Assembly: GCA_963796965.1 (NCBI GenBank)
Contig: CAWCNS010000007.1
Location: forward strand, 96,001-160,000
DNA: 64,000 nt
Direction: 5' to 3'
Source of the DNA: Calditrichia bacterium
Lineage (GTDB): Bacteria; Calditrichota; Calditrichia; JAJRVZ01
A program made the translations under genes and the position numbers. This document shows positions 21,679-31,388 of this stretch, in pieces; positions within the stretch are counted from its first letter, which is position 1, and each line of letters begins with the position of its first letter. The notes under the pieces are model-generated. The model had not been told where the DNA came from. It worked only from the letters and a program-made list of their open reading frames with translations, and ran no database searches.

Positions 21679-23173
21679 ATGGATATTTCCAGAAGAAAAT
21701 TTATTAAAAACACAGCTGCTCTTTCCACTTATGGACTTCTCAACCAGGGTTTTTGTGCTTCTGGAATGATCTCCAAAAATCAAAAACATCCCAATCTTAT
21801 CATTGTGTTTCCAGATCAGATGAGAGGGCAGGCCCTTGGTTTTCTTAATGAAGATCCAGTAATTACCCCACATTTGGACCGTTTTGCAGAAGAGAGCCTG
21901 GTCTTACCGCAAGTCTGTTTCCAATTATCCTATATGTAGCCCTTTTCGGGCCATGCTGATGACGGGCATGTATCCACATGCAAACCGGGTCATTGCAAAC
22001 TGTATGAGCAAATCGGAACCTTTCAATTGTGAGTTGCAGGTGTCTGACCGGTGTTGGTCTGATGTTTTAAAGGATAATGGCTATGATCTGGCCTATATCG
22101 GCAAGTGGCATCTGGATTCTCCGCGCGAACCATATGTTGATTGTAAGAATAATAAGGGAGACATGAAGTGGAACGAATGGTGTGTGCCGGAAAGACGGCA
22201 TGGTTTCGATTACTGGTACGCTTATGGAACCTACGATTATCATCTGAATCCAATGTATTGGCGAACCAATGCAAAACGAGATGAGTTTCACTTTGTAGAT
22301 CAGTGGGGCCCAAAACATGAAGCCGATATGGCAATTGATTATATCAAAAACAAAGAGAATAAATATCGTGAAGAGGGCCAACCTTTTGCCCTTGTGGTTT
22401 CTATGAATCCGCCCCATACTTCCTACGACCAGTTCCCAAAAAAGTACCTGGATCCCTACCAGGGAAAATCATCTGACGATTTAATTGTGCGCCCGAATGT
22501 GGATAAAAGCGGGGAGACAAAAATGTCCAAACTGGCTCTGAGCCAGACGAAAAATTACTTTGCCAACATCACAGGTGTGGATGAACAATTTGGTCGTATT
22601 CTTCAGGCAATTGATGAAAGTGGAATAAGGGAAGACACAATAGTTCTGTTTATGTCCGATCATGGGAATTGTCTTGGCACGCATAATCTGGTTACAAAAA
22701 ATAATCCTTTTGAAGAATCCATGCGTATACCATTTATCATACGCTGGCCTGAAAAGATCAAAGCACGTCATGATGACCTCCTTATTTCTGTGCCGGATAT
22801 TTATCCAACAATTCTCGGGTTAATGGGTTTCAATAGCAGTGTTCCTGCTTCTGTTAAAGGTGTCAGTCATGCAGATTTATTCCTTAATGAGAAAGGGGCA
22901 CGGCCATCTTCCCAGTTATACCTGAGAATACCTTATGATAATCCTGGTTATGGAGATCGCGGGGTAAGAACGCATAAATATAAGTTGATTGTGACGGCAT
23001 TACCCGATCAAACAAAAAAGATCCTACTTTATGATTTGCAATCAGATCCTTACGAACTGGTAAATATTGCAGAGAGCAACCCTAACATTGTGGACCAGTT
23101 AGTTAAAAATGAGTTATATCCCTGGCTCGTAAAAACAAATGATCCCTGGATGGGAAACATAGAGAAGTTATAA
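21679..23173 (+). CDS. Tat-exported sulfatase (formylglycine-dependent); frameshift near 21914
   Basis: SRRKFIK Tat motif, PNLIIVFPDQMR, TPHLDR, CSPFRAMLMTG (CxPxR), YIGKWHL, SDHG. Confidence 0.9.
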
Positions 23174-23278
23174 TTTTTTAAGCATGCTTTGGAATTCATC
23201 GACTAAGTCGACAGAGGGTTTGAAGTTGTTTTTAATAAAATTTAATATGCTCTTTTGTACCCCCTGTTTGGTTTTTTC

Positions 23279-23525
23279 AAACACAAAGTTCTCAAAGGAG
23301 ACGCCAAGGGCACTAAGTATCGACTTTTTTTTAAATTTTGGAACGTTGGTTAATAGAGATCTATGATTTTAATCTAAAGTATAGGATAAGCAAGATCTAC
23401 AACTCTATATTTTTTCTTTATGTCCTTTGTGCCTTTTCCCGACTTTAGTCGGGATGGAAGATTTCATCCCGATATATCTACGTGCTGTAGAAATTTATAT
23501 CGGGGCTTAGCGTTTTTGCGGTTAA
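23279..23525. repeat. Family A inverted-repeat element whose right arm is interrupted by nested CCCGA..TCGGG palindromes
   Basis: Left arm AAACACAAAGTTCTCAAAGG..CACTAAG. The right arm is split by TCCCGACTTTAGTCGGGA (23437-23454) and CCCGATATA...TATATCGGG (23468-23504). Confidence 0.75.
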
Positions 23526-23684
23526 GAGCAGCTAAGCCGATAAGCGATACTCTTATAAATCAGCCACGATTTCGCAGAGCGTTTAACATTACCGGAACTA
23601 TGACAGGCCGGGGGGATAATGGCGCATCATTTTTATCTCATGCACATCTGGAAGAAATCCGCACGTTTTTTGTCAAAATGGCAT

Positions 23685-24776
23685 GTGGATCTTCAAAAAT
23701 ATCTTCTCCTTTTAATTATCTTATTTAATTTTACCTGTGGGAGCCATCCAACAGAGAAAATGGATTATGAGGACCTTTGGTCCTATTCCTCACCAGAAAT
23801 ACAGGATATGAATGCAAAGGTTCTGGATTCAGCTCTGGTGCAAGCACGAACTTTGGGATTTGTGGATGGAATGCTGGTTATTAGAAACGGGTATATAGTT
23901 GCCGAAGCGTATTTTAACGGGTATGATAAGAATCACGCCCATAATATTATGTCAGTGACAAAAAGTTTTTTATCTGCCATAACCGGAATAGCTGTAAACC
24001 AGGACTATATTGTATCTATAGAAAAAAAAGTGTTAGATTATTTTCCTGAGTATGTTCATCCGGGTATGGATGTAAGAAAACCAGACATTACAATCCGGCA
24101 TTTGTTGACGATGCGGATGGGAATAGCGGGGGAAGCTGAAAATGATTATGGCGTATTTCAGCATATTTATAATTCCGATAACTGGTTACGTACAACGATA
24201 GAATATCCGCTATTAGATGATCCCGGTACAAAAATGCGCTACAATAGTTTTCAGACCCATCTTCTGGCTGCAATACTCACCAAAGCCACAAATATGAGCC
24301 TGTTGAACTTTGCGAACAGGTATTTATTTGATCCATTAAATATAGAGATTGACTATTGGGAACAGGATCCGCAGGGTTATTATTTTGGTGGGAGCAATAT
24401 GTTTATGAGACCCCGTGAAATGGCCCTTTTGGGATATTTATATCTAAATAAAGGCCGGATTGGCGATGAGCAAATAATCCCTGAGGATTGGATCGACCTG
24501 ACACTTACAGCCAGCACAGATTTTAAACATCCTAATCAATGGGGCGATTTTGAGAACTATAATTATGGCTATCTATGGTGGTTGGGTCAGATAGGCGGGC
24601 AGAATATGTTTATGGGATATGGCTATGGGGGCCAGTTTGTGGTGGTCTTTCCCGGTCTCAATCTCATTATCGTGTCAACCGCTAAAAATCAGGTTACTTC
24701 CGAGGTCTCAAACAATCAGGAATGGGCTATATTTAATCTCATATCCACTTATATTTTGCCTGCCGTAAGTAATTAG
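23685..24776 (+). CDS. Serine hydrolase, beta-lactamase class C-like, probable lipoprotein (start uncertain)
   Basis: SxxK motif SVTKSF, ITIRHLLTM, MRYNS, YGYLWW, GYGGQ. GTG at 23685 gives a signal peptide ending FTC. Confidence 0.85.
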   Translation: MDLQKYLLLLIILFNFTCGSHPTEKMDYEDLWSYSSPEIQDMNAKVLDSALVQARTLGFVDGMLVIRNGYIVAEAYFNGYDKNHAHNIMSVTKSFLSAITGIAVNQDYIVSIEKKVLDYFPEYVHPGMDVRKPDITIRHLLTMRMGIAGEAENDYGVFQHIYNSDNWLRTTIEYPLLDDPGTKMRYNSFQTHLLAAILTKATNMSLLNFANRYLFDPLNIEIDYWEQDPQGYYFGGSNMFMRPREMALLGYLYLNKGRIGDEQIIPEDWIDLTLTASTDFKHPNQWGDFENYNYGYLWWLGQIGGQNMFMGYGYGGQFVVVFPGLNLIIVSTAKNQVTSEVSNNQEWAIFNLISTYILPAVSN

Positions 24777-24846
24777 ATATCATCTAAACCTTCCAATTTG
24801 TAAATTAAATCATGAATTCAGAGAGGAAATTCAATTGTTTATAATA

Positions 24847-25414
24847 ATGAGAAACCTTTGTTTTTTATCGGTTTATATTCTATTCCAGGGATGTGCAGAA
24901 GAACCGGATAGGATAAAAATTACAGTCAATGCTTAAGAAGAATATCAAACCATCGATGGTTTCGGTGCTTCCGATGCCTGGCGATGTCAGTTTGTAGGCA
25001 AAAACTGGCCAGTTGAGAAACGAGAGCAGATAGCAGATCTTTTATTTAGGCAAGAGTTTGATGATGGGGGCAATCCTAAAGGCATGGGGTTGTCAATTTG
25101 GCGGTTTAATATTAGTGCCGGTACGGCAGAGAAGGGTGATGATTCAGGTATGGGAAATATCTGGCGCCGTGGGGGAGTCTTTTCAAAATGCTGATGGCAG
25201 CTATGACTGGACAAAGTTAGCCGGGCAACAATGGTTTTTAAATGCGGCCCGGGAACGTGGTGTAGGGCGCTTCCTTGCTTTTCCCAATGCCCCACCCGTT
25301 CATCTCAGCCGCAATGGGAAGGGCTATGCGGAAAAGGGAATTATCCGATTTAACCTGAAGCAAGGAAAAATGGATAAGTATGCCGGCTATATTGGAATGA
25401 GGACAAACGCGTGA
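24847..25414 (+). pseudogene. Truncated paralog of the GH30 gene at 32762-34327
   Basis: Reads MRNLCF..VNA*EEYQTIDGFGASDAWRCQFVGKNWP..WRFNISAG. It has an in-frame TAA at 24934-24936, a frameshift near 25171-25176, and ends after about 180 codons. Confidence 0.85.
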
Positions 25415-25526
25415 GAGCGGTTGCAATAAAATCGTGGCTGTCATTCTAAAATTTCAGTGGAGCAGAATAATTTATAATTCTATATATTACTACAACTTTT
25501 TTTGAATTAATAACCAGGGTAAAACT

Positions 25527-27458
25527 ATGACTTCATATGTATCCAAATGTTTTTTGATTTTATGTCTCTCTCTCATAATATTCAGTCCGGGTTTCGCTCA
25601 ACAAAAACCTGCTATTGAGAACTATCCATACCCGGGATATGCTAATCTGTTAGAAAAGGCCGGCTGGTTGCAGGAAGACCTTCATAAAAACAACATGCAA
25701 TATGGCATTGTTATGCCCAGGGTTTTGCTTCCACCCCAGGGAAATGCCGATCTCTCTTCTGCTCATCAGGAAGACGGTGGAAACCGTACCGGCCCGTATC
25801 TGGCAACTTTAAGTTTTCAGTATGCGGTAACTAAAGACAATAAGGTTAAAAAGTGGGCAAACGAATCGTTTGAGGCAATTGAAATACTTGAGAAAGTAAC
25901 AGGCGTCGAGGGTAGTATTGCCCGAAGTTTTAATAAATCGACTGTGAAACAACGCCATGAAGACTGGTTCTTTTTTCCTATGGAGTGGCATCAGTCGACA
26001 CGTATGCCAGGTTACCGCTGGATTGGTGATCCTAGCTCAGATACCTATGCCAATCTTATGTATGGGCTGGCAATGTACTATGACTTGGTGGCTGATGATT
26101 TGTACAAAAAAAGAGTGCAGGATTGGGTAAGAAAAGTTAGCGACCGAATGATTGAACACGATATGCGAATTGTAGATGTTGATGGAAAAATGACACTCTG
26201 GGGAAATTACAGCCCCTCGCTAGACAAGGAAAAATTGAACTTTCTGCTACCCCTGTTTCATCTTAAAACAGCTTACCACATTACAGGCGATGAAAAATAT
26301 CAGGAAAAATATCTCGAACTTATTGATATACACGGGTATGCAGATGAAGCCATAATGGCTGCATCTTTTAAACCCCCTTACGTACCCTGGGATACGTATC
26401 ATTTTATGAAAGGTGTATATCTGCTTTTGAAGTACGAATCAGACCACTCTTTACGGAATAAATATTTAGCAGCACTTGAGCGGTTTTGGCTGAAAGAATA
26501 TCCATGTAAGAACATGACGCTGCAACTTGTTTACAACCACTATGTTCCGGATCAGGGAGGTTTTAATGAAGAGTCCGTAAAACAACTCATTGACTGGAAT
26601 GGTGCAAGAAGATGGGAAGGCGATCAGATGTTGCGAAATGGTAATGTGGCAGAGCGTATAACAGGAATCTGGATTGAGCCGTCACATTTTTATCTTCTCG
26701 TATACTGGAAAGCTCGTTATCATGAATTGCTAAATGCCGATGGGAAAATTGATAGTGGCCATCCACCGGAATGGGCTTTGCCGAAACCTGACAAGTATGA
26801 AGGGATGGTTTATGTTCCGGCAGGAGAATTCACGATGGGCAGTAATAGCGGTGACAAAGATGAGTCGCCACAACGTAAAGTCTATGTGGGTGCGTTTTAT
26901 ATTGATCGTTTTGAAGTTACCCAGGGGCAATACGCAAAATTCAAAAAAGGCTACAAATACGATGAAAATATTGTGGATGAAACGGTTCATAAAGAGGAGT
27001 GGATGGACAGTAAAAAGCCGGTTGTAAATATAAACTGGTACGAGGCAGTTGAATATTGCAAATGGGCAGGAAAACGTCTCCCAACAGAAGCTGAATGGGA
27101 AAAGGCATCACGCGGTACCGATGCACGAAAATATCCGTGGGGCGAAATGCACGATATGAGTTTTGCCGAACCCGATGGTATTGCAAAAACAGCTGCATGG
27201 CGGGCCGGTAAAAGTCCGTACGGTGCCTATTGGATGGCCGGGGGAGCATGGGAATGGACAGCAGACTGGTATCAACCATATCCCGGAAATCCTGTTAAAA
27301 GCCCGGCTTATGGAGAAAAATATAAGGTAATCAGAGGGGCATCCCGCTTTGCCGATCCAAGTATGCAACGTTGTGCGCATCGCTATTACCTTGATCCAAA
27401 TATGAAACAGAGTGGCTATCCCGTAGGATTTAGATGTGTGATTTCGGCAGATGAATAA
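25527..27458 (+). CDS. Secreted protein: alpha/alpha-barrel-like N-terminal domain fused to an FGE/SUMF1-type domain
   Basis: C-terminal MVYVPAGEFTMGS, FYIDRFEVT, PVVNINWYEA..RLPTEAEWEKASRG, MAGGAWEW, GFRC. Confidence 0.75.
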   Translation: MTSYVSKCFLILCLSLIIFSPGFAQQKPAIENYPYPGYANLLEKAGWLQEDLHKNNMQYGIVMPRVLLPPQGNADLSSAHQEDGGNRTGPYLATLSFQYAVTKDNKVKKWANESFEAIEILEKVTGVEGSIARSFNKSTVKQRHEDWFFFPMEWHQSTRMPGYRWIGDPSSDTYANLMYGLAMYYDLVADDLYKKRVQDWVRKVSDRMIEHDMRIVDVDGKMTLWGNYSPSLDKEKLNFLLPLFHLKTAYHITGDEKYQEKYLELIDIHGYADEAIMAASFKPPYVPWDTYHFMKGVYLLLKYESDHSLRNKYLAALERFWLKEYPCKNMTLQLVYNHYVPDQGGFNEESVKQLIDWNGARRWEGDQMLRNGNVAERITGIWIEPSHFYLLVYWKARYHELLNADGKIDSGHPPEWALPKPDKYEGMVYVPAGEFTMGSNSGDKDESPQRKVYVGAFYIDRFEVTQGQYAKFKKGYKYDENIVDETVHKEEWMDSKKPVVNINWYEAVEYCKWAGKRLPTEAEWEKASRGTDARKYPWGEMHDMSFAEPDGIAKTAAWRAGKSPYGAYWMAGGAWEWTADWYQPYPGNPVKSPAYGEKYKVIRGASRFADPSMQRCAHRYYLDPNMKQSGYPVGFRCVISADE

Positions 27459-27618
27459 GATGTCCAGCGTTAGGTCTTACCGGTTGCATCGTCCTAAAAA
27501 GTATGGCTGGAAAAAGAATATCAAGCCGACTCATTTAGGAACAATAAAGGCACATTCATACACGTAATCTAGCTGATGGTTTGCAAAAGTTTATCAAAAT
27601 ATCTATCTGAATGATAAA

Positions 27619-28863
27619 TTATGGTGCAACCGCCTGCATAAGGATACCGCACAACCACGCCCCATAAGTGCCAACCGCATAACCAAGCACAGCCAGCAGA
27701 ACGCCAACCGGTGCTAAAGAAGGATGAAAGGCTGCTGCCACTATTGGCGCAGATGCCGCTCCGCCGATATTTGCCTGACTGCCTACAGCAATAAAAAAGA
27801 ATGGCGCTTTTATTAACTTGCCGACGACAAATAAAATGACAATGTGAATCAATATCCAAATCACGCCAACGACTAATAATCCCGGATTATCGAATATTGC
27901 CAGAATATTCATTTTTAATCCAATTACCGCGACTAATATATATAAAAATACGTTACCAATTTTTGACGCGCCGGCACCCTCTAAATCTCTGAATTTTGTG
28001 AATGATAATAACAAGCCACCTGTCGTAGAAATAACCACAATCCAAAAGAAACCTGATGTTACGCTGAATTTTTGTAGAATGGGAAAATTACTTTTTAAGA
28101 AAGGTGCTAAATTATCAGCTACTAAGTGGGCAATTGCAACAACGCCAAATGCCACAGCGATAATTTTGAATAAATCATTAAAAGACGGAATACGCATAAT
28201 TTCGGACTGATATTTTTCCATTTTCTCTTTAACATGCTCGATGTCTGATGTATCCGCTTTTAAATACGTATCAATTCTTTCTGTTATTCCAGCGCCATAT
28301 AAAAGAAAGGCCATCCAAAAACCATAAATCAGAACGCTGGTTGTAATCATTGCAGAAAATAAATCATCACTAACATTAAAAACTTCCTTCATGGCTACCT
28401 GGTTCGCGCCACCACCAATCCAATCACCGGCCAGGGTTGCTAATCCCCTCCAAACAGCGTCGGGACCGGTACCGCCTACCACTTCAGGTGCAAATTGAGA
28501 CACGATCCACACAGCAGCCGGACCGCCAATAATTATTCCGCTTGTTGCAGTCAGCATCATAATATTAGCTTTTGTTCCGAGTCTTAAAAACACTTTTAGA
28601 TCAATACTCAAGGTGAACAGGACAAGACTGGCCGGAAGCAAAAATCTGGAAGCTACAAAATATAATTTAATGCTATCACCATCCACAATCCCGAATGAAT
28701 TTAAAAGCGATGGTACAAAATAGCATACCAATAAGACTGGAAAGACTTTATAAAATTTGATCCAGAATTGATTTTTACTTGATGATGTGTGGAAAATCAG
28801 GGAAAGTACTACCACTAAGATTCCCAAAATAACCGCATTATTTGTAATCATATGCCTCGCCAA
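27619..28863 (-). CDS. DUF819 family integral membrane protein
   Basis: About 10 hydrophobic segments, WIGGGANQVAM, VGSQANIGGAASAP, LGYAVGTY. Confidence 0.8.
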   Translation of the reverse strand: MARHMITNNAVILGILVVVLSLIFHTSSSKNQFWIKFYKVFPVLLVCYFVPSLLNSFGIVDGDSIKLYFVASRFLLPASLVLFTLSIDLKVFLRLGTKANIMMLTATSGIIIGGPAAVWIVSQFAPEVVGGTGPDAVWRGLATLAGDWIGGGANQVAMKEVFNVSDDLFSAMITTSVLIYGFWMAFLLYGAGITERIDTYLKADTSDIEHVKEKMEKYQSEIMRIPSFNDLFKIIAVAFGVVAIAHLVADNLAPFLKSNFPILQKFSVTSGFFWIVVISTTGGLLLSFTKFRDLEGAGASKIGNVFLYILVAVIGLKMNILAIFDNPGLLVVGVIWILIHIVILFVVGKLIKAPFFFIAVGSQANIGGAASAPIVAAAFHPSLAPVGVLLAVLGYAVGTYGAWLCGILMQAVAP

Positions 28864-29145
28864 AGAATGAGTAATAGAAAATTAATAATCAGTTTTCAGG
28901 ATAAATCTAAAGAACTGGTCAAATTAAAGAAGCTATAATTCTTTTCAAAACCCGAAGTAGCAATTTATTGAGCAATTGATAAAGAATTTACCAATATGAT
29001 AGTAAAGTTTGTGTTTTTTCCATAATTTAAATAGCATATAACACAACGTTGCAACGGAGCGCAAACGCATGCTGGTTTCCGCTTAATCAGGTAGTGTCAT
29101 CCCGATAGAATCGGGATATGAAAAAATGGAAAATTGGATTAAAGG

Positions 29146-29610
29146 ATGAAACCGCCCCGTGTCCGCTTGGCTCCGCCAGCCTTTACGGGACAGGCAGAAA
29201 CCACAGAGAAATACTCTGAGAACTCCTAAAGAATATCCTCTCAAAGATATTACTGATAAAATAATCTCCTGTGTCCCGATTTATCGGGAAAATTCATTCT
29301 TTACTTGGACCAGGTTTATTGGAAAATTTATATTAAGAAACCATGGAGTATGAGTTAAAGTCACGGGGAATTGAGTATAAAAGACAGAAACAACTCGAGA
29401 TTGAATATAAGGGCAATCCTATTGGTAATTTTCAATTAGATTATTTGATAGAAAACAAGGTGATTGTTGAGTTAAAATGTGTTGACAATTAAAAATATTC
29501 ATATCGCTCAGGTGATGATATATCTGAAAGCAGAAAAGCTACGAGTTGGACTATTGATCAATTTTAATGTCGACAAATTAAAAAAGGGAATAAGGGAGCC
29601 ATATTATAAG
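29146..29610 (+). pseudogene. GxxExxY family protein (PD-(D/E)XK-like), inactivated
   Basis: Reconstructed as MKPQRNTLRTPKEYPLKDITDKIISC..IHSLLGPGLLENLY*ETMEYELKSRGI..QKQLEIEYKG..FQLDYLIENKVIVELKCVD..HIAQVMTYLKA..GLLINFN. It carries two insertions, a TAA at 29334-29336 and a frameshift near 29490. Confidence 0.9.
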
Positions 29611-29687
29611 AGATCACAGAGGGGAGATAATGAGAAACGGTATTAACTCAAATAAAATTAATAAATTACTCCGTGTACTCTGTGGTT
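29199..29687. mobile_element. Putative GxxExxY-carrying inverted-repeat element
   Basis: AACCACAGAG (29199-29208) and CTCTGTGGTT (29678-29687) form a perfect IR around the gene. The right end CTCCGTGTACTCTGTGGTT has the same 9-nt unit structure as family A elements. Confidence 0.55.
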
Positions 29688-29724
29688 ATTTTTTACACTT
29701 CCCTTAATCAATATTGGAGGAAAA

Positions 29725-29910
29725 ATGAAAGTATCATTAATACATTCATTATTGATATCTATTTTTTTTGTTCTTCTATTCCAGCGTTCTCCAGCTGAAA
29801 ATTTAGCAATAAAACATCAGGTTACCGGACCTGTTGATGCAAATTGCTATCTTGTTTATGGAGATGAGACGAAAGAAGCAGCGCGTATAGATATAGGGAT
29901 TTTTCTATGA
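29725..29910 (+). pseudogene. N-terminal fragment of an MBL-fold metallo-hydrolase
   Basis: Signal peptide, then VTGPVDANCYLVYGDETKEAARID. It is truncated before the HxHxDH motif. Confidence 0.6.
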
Positions 29911-31193
29911 AACAGGTTTTAACGACTATAGAACTTTTAGACATGCATATGAATGAAAATACGGTTATTCTGGACTCCCGTCCATCTGCTGCATACAACG
30001 GATGGCCTCTTTCTGGTGAACAAAGAGGCGGGCATATTCCGGGCGCTATATCCTTTCCTGCGGACTGGTTTAATGAGCTTTCGGAACAGGAATTAAATGA
30101 ACTGTTGAGAGAAAAAGGAATCGAAAAAAATAAAACAATAATCGTAACAGGTTATGAACCTGAGGCAATTGAATTAACAGCAAATAATTTAAAGCGTCTG
30201 GGATTTCCAGCAGTTTTAACGCACAACAATGGTATGTTGGATTGGATAACCGACTTTGAACGGCCATTGCATTTTTTACCGAATTTTAAGCATCTCATTC
30301 ACTCTGACTGGCTAATGAAATTGCTTAACGGAAATGATCCTGAAGCGGGCGGAATTGGTGATTATGTTTTGGCACACGTCAACTTTGATAATTGGGGAGA
30401 TTATGATGAAGGGCATATCCCAGGAGCCATTTGGCTCGATACGCTCGCATTGGAATCTGAAGAAACCTGGAATGCCCGCACGCCTGATGAAATGGAGGAA
30501 GAACTGCGGGAACATGGAATCACCAAAAATACAACTGTAATTTTGTATGGTAGAACAGCAAATCCCAATATGTCGCAGGCACATCCGGGCAAGCAGGCGG
30601 GGCAACTTGCCTCTATGCGGGCCGCATTGTTGCTTTTGTATGCCGGCATTCGAGATGTGCGCGTGTTGGATGGAGGTCTTGGCGCCTGGTTAAAAGCAGG
30701 CGGAGAAATTACCCGAGAGGAAACAATTCCAATACCAGTTAAAGAGACGGGATTAAACATTCCTGAGAATCCCGACCTGATCGTATCGACACCAAAAGCA
30801 AAAGAAATGATAAAAGGAGCAGATTCCGAACTTGTCAGTGTTCGTAGTTGGGAAGAATTTACTGGTGAGGTCAGCGGATACCATTATATCAAAGTCAAAG
30901 GACGTATTCCTGGAGCTGTCTTTGGAAATTGTGGTTCTGACGCCTATCACATGGAAAATTTTCGCAACCCAGACGATACGATGAAAAGTGCAGAAGAATT
31001 AAAAACCAAACTCGCCGAATCCGGGATTGTTCCGGAAAAACATATCGCTTTTTATTGCGGTACAGGATGGAGAGCGAGCGAGGCATTCTTTAGCGCCTGG
31101 TTGATGGGATGGCCCAAAGTCTCTATATATGATGGCGGTTGGTTTGAATGGAGTTCGGATCCCAATAATGTATTTGAAACAGGATTGCCTTAA
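29907..31193 (+). CDS. Three-domain rhodanese/sulfurtransferase (YnjE-like)
   Basis: GHIPGA twice and GRIPGA, active-site loop FYCGTGWRAS, YDGGWFEWS. Confidence 0.9.
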   Translation: MKQVLTTIELLDMHMNENTVILDSRPSAAYNGWPLSGEQRGGHIPGAISFPADWFNELSEQELNELLREKGIEKNKTIIVTGYEPEAIELTANNLKRLGFPAVLTHNNGMLDWITDFERPLHFLPNFKHLIHSDWLMKLLNGNDPEAGGIGDYVLAHVNFDNWGDYDEGHIPGAIWLDTLALESEETWNARTPDEMEEELREHGITKNTTVILYGRTANPNMSQAHPGKQAGQLASMRAALLLLYAGIRDVRVLDGGLGAWLKAGGEITREETIPIPVKETGLNIPENPDLIVSTPKAKEMIKGADSELVSVRSWEEFTGEVSGYHYIKVKGRIPGAVFGNCGSDAYHMENFRNPDDTMKSAEELKTKLAESGIVPEKHIAFYCGTGWRASEAFFSAWLMGWPKVSIYDGGWFEWSSDPNNVFETGLP

Positions 31194-31388
31194 CATGGGG
31201 CTAAGTTCCTATTTTTACCTTAATTTTCCAATATTTGACTTGATCATATGCTGAATAAAAGTACAGCTATCGTAGCCGAAACCTCACGATCAGGCGTTCC
31301 AAAGTTGATGTTGTGCACTGATAATCTGCTCAAACTCATAAAATCATGTTAGCTGGAACCCTTACCTGTAAATAAAAGGATAAGAGAT

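Noticed and set aside
24934..24936. In-frame stops in the GH30 fragment and GxxExxY gene as recoding
   Set aside because: Both are TAA at non-Cys positions in genes that also carry frameshifts, insertions or truncation.
26790..27458. Active formylglycine-generating enzyme for the nearby sulfatase
   Set aside because: The catalytic Cys pair is absent, and the domain is part of a secreted fusion.
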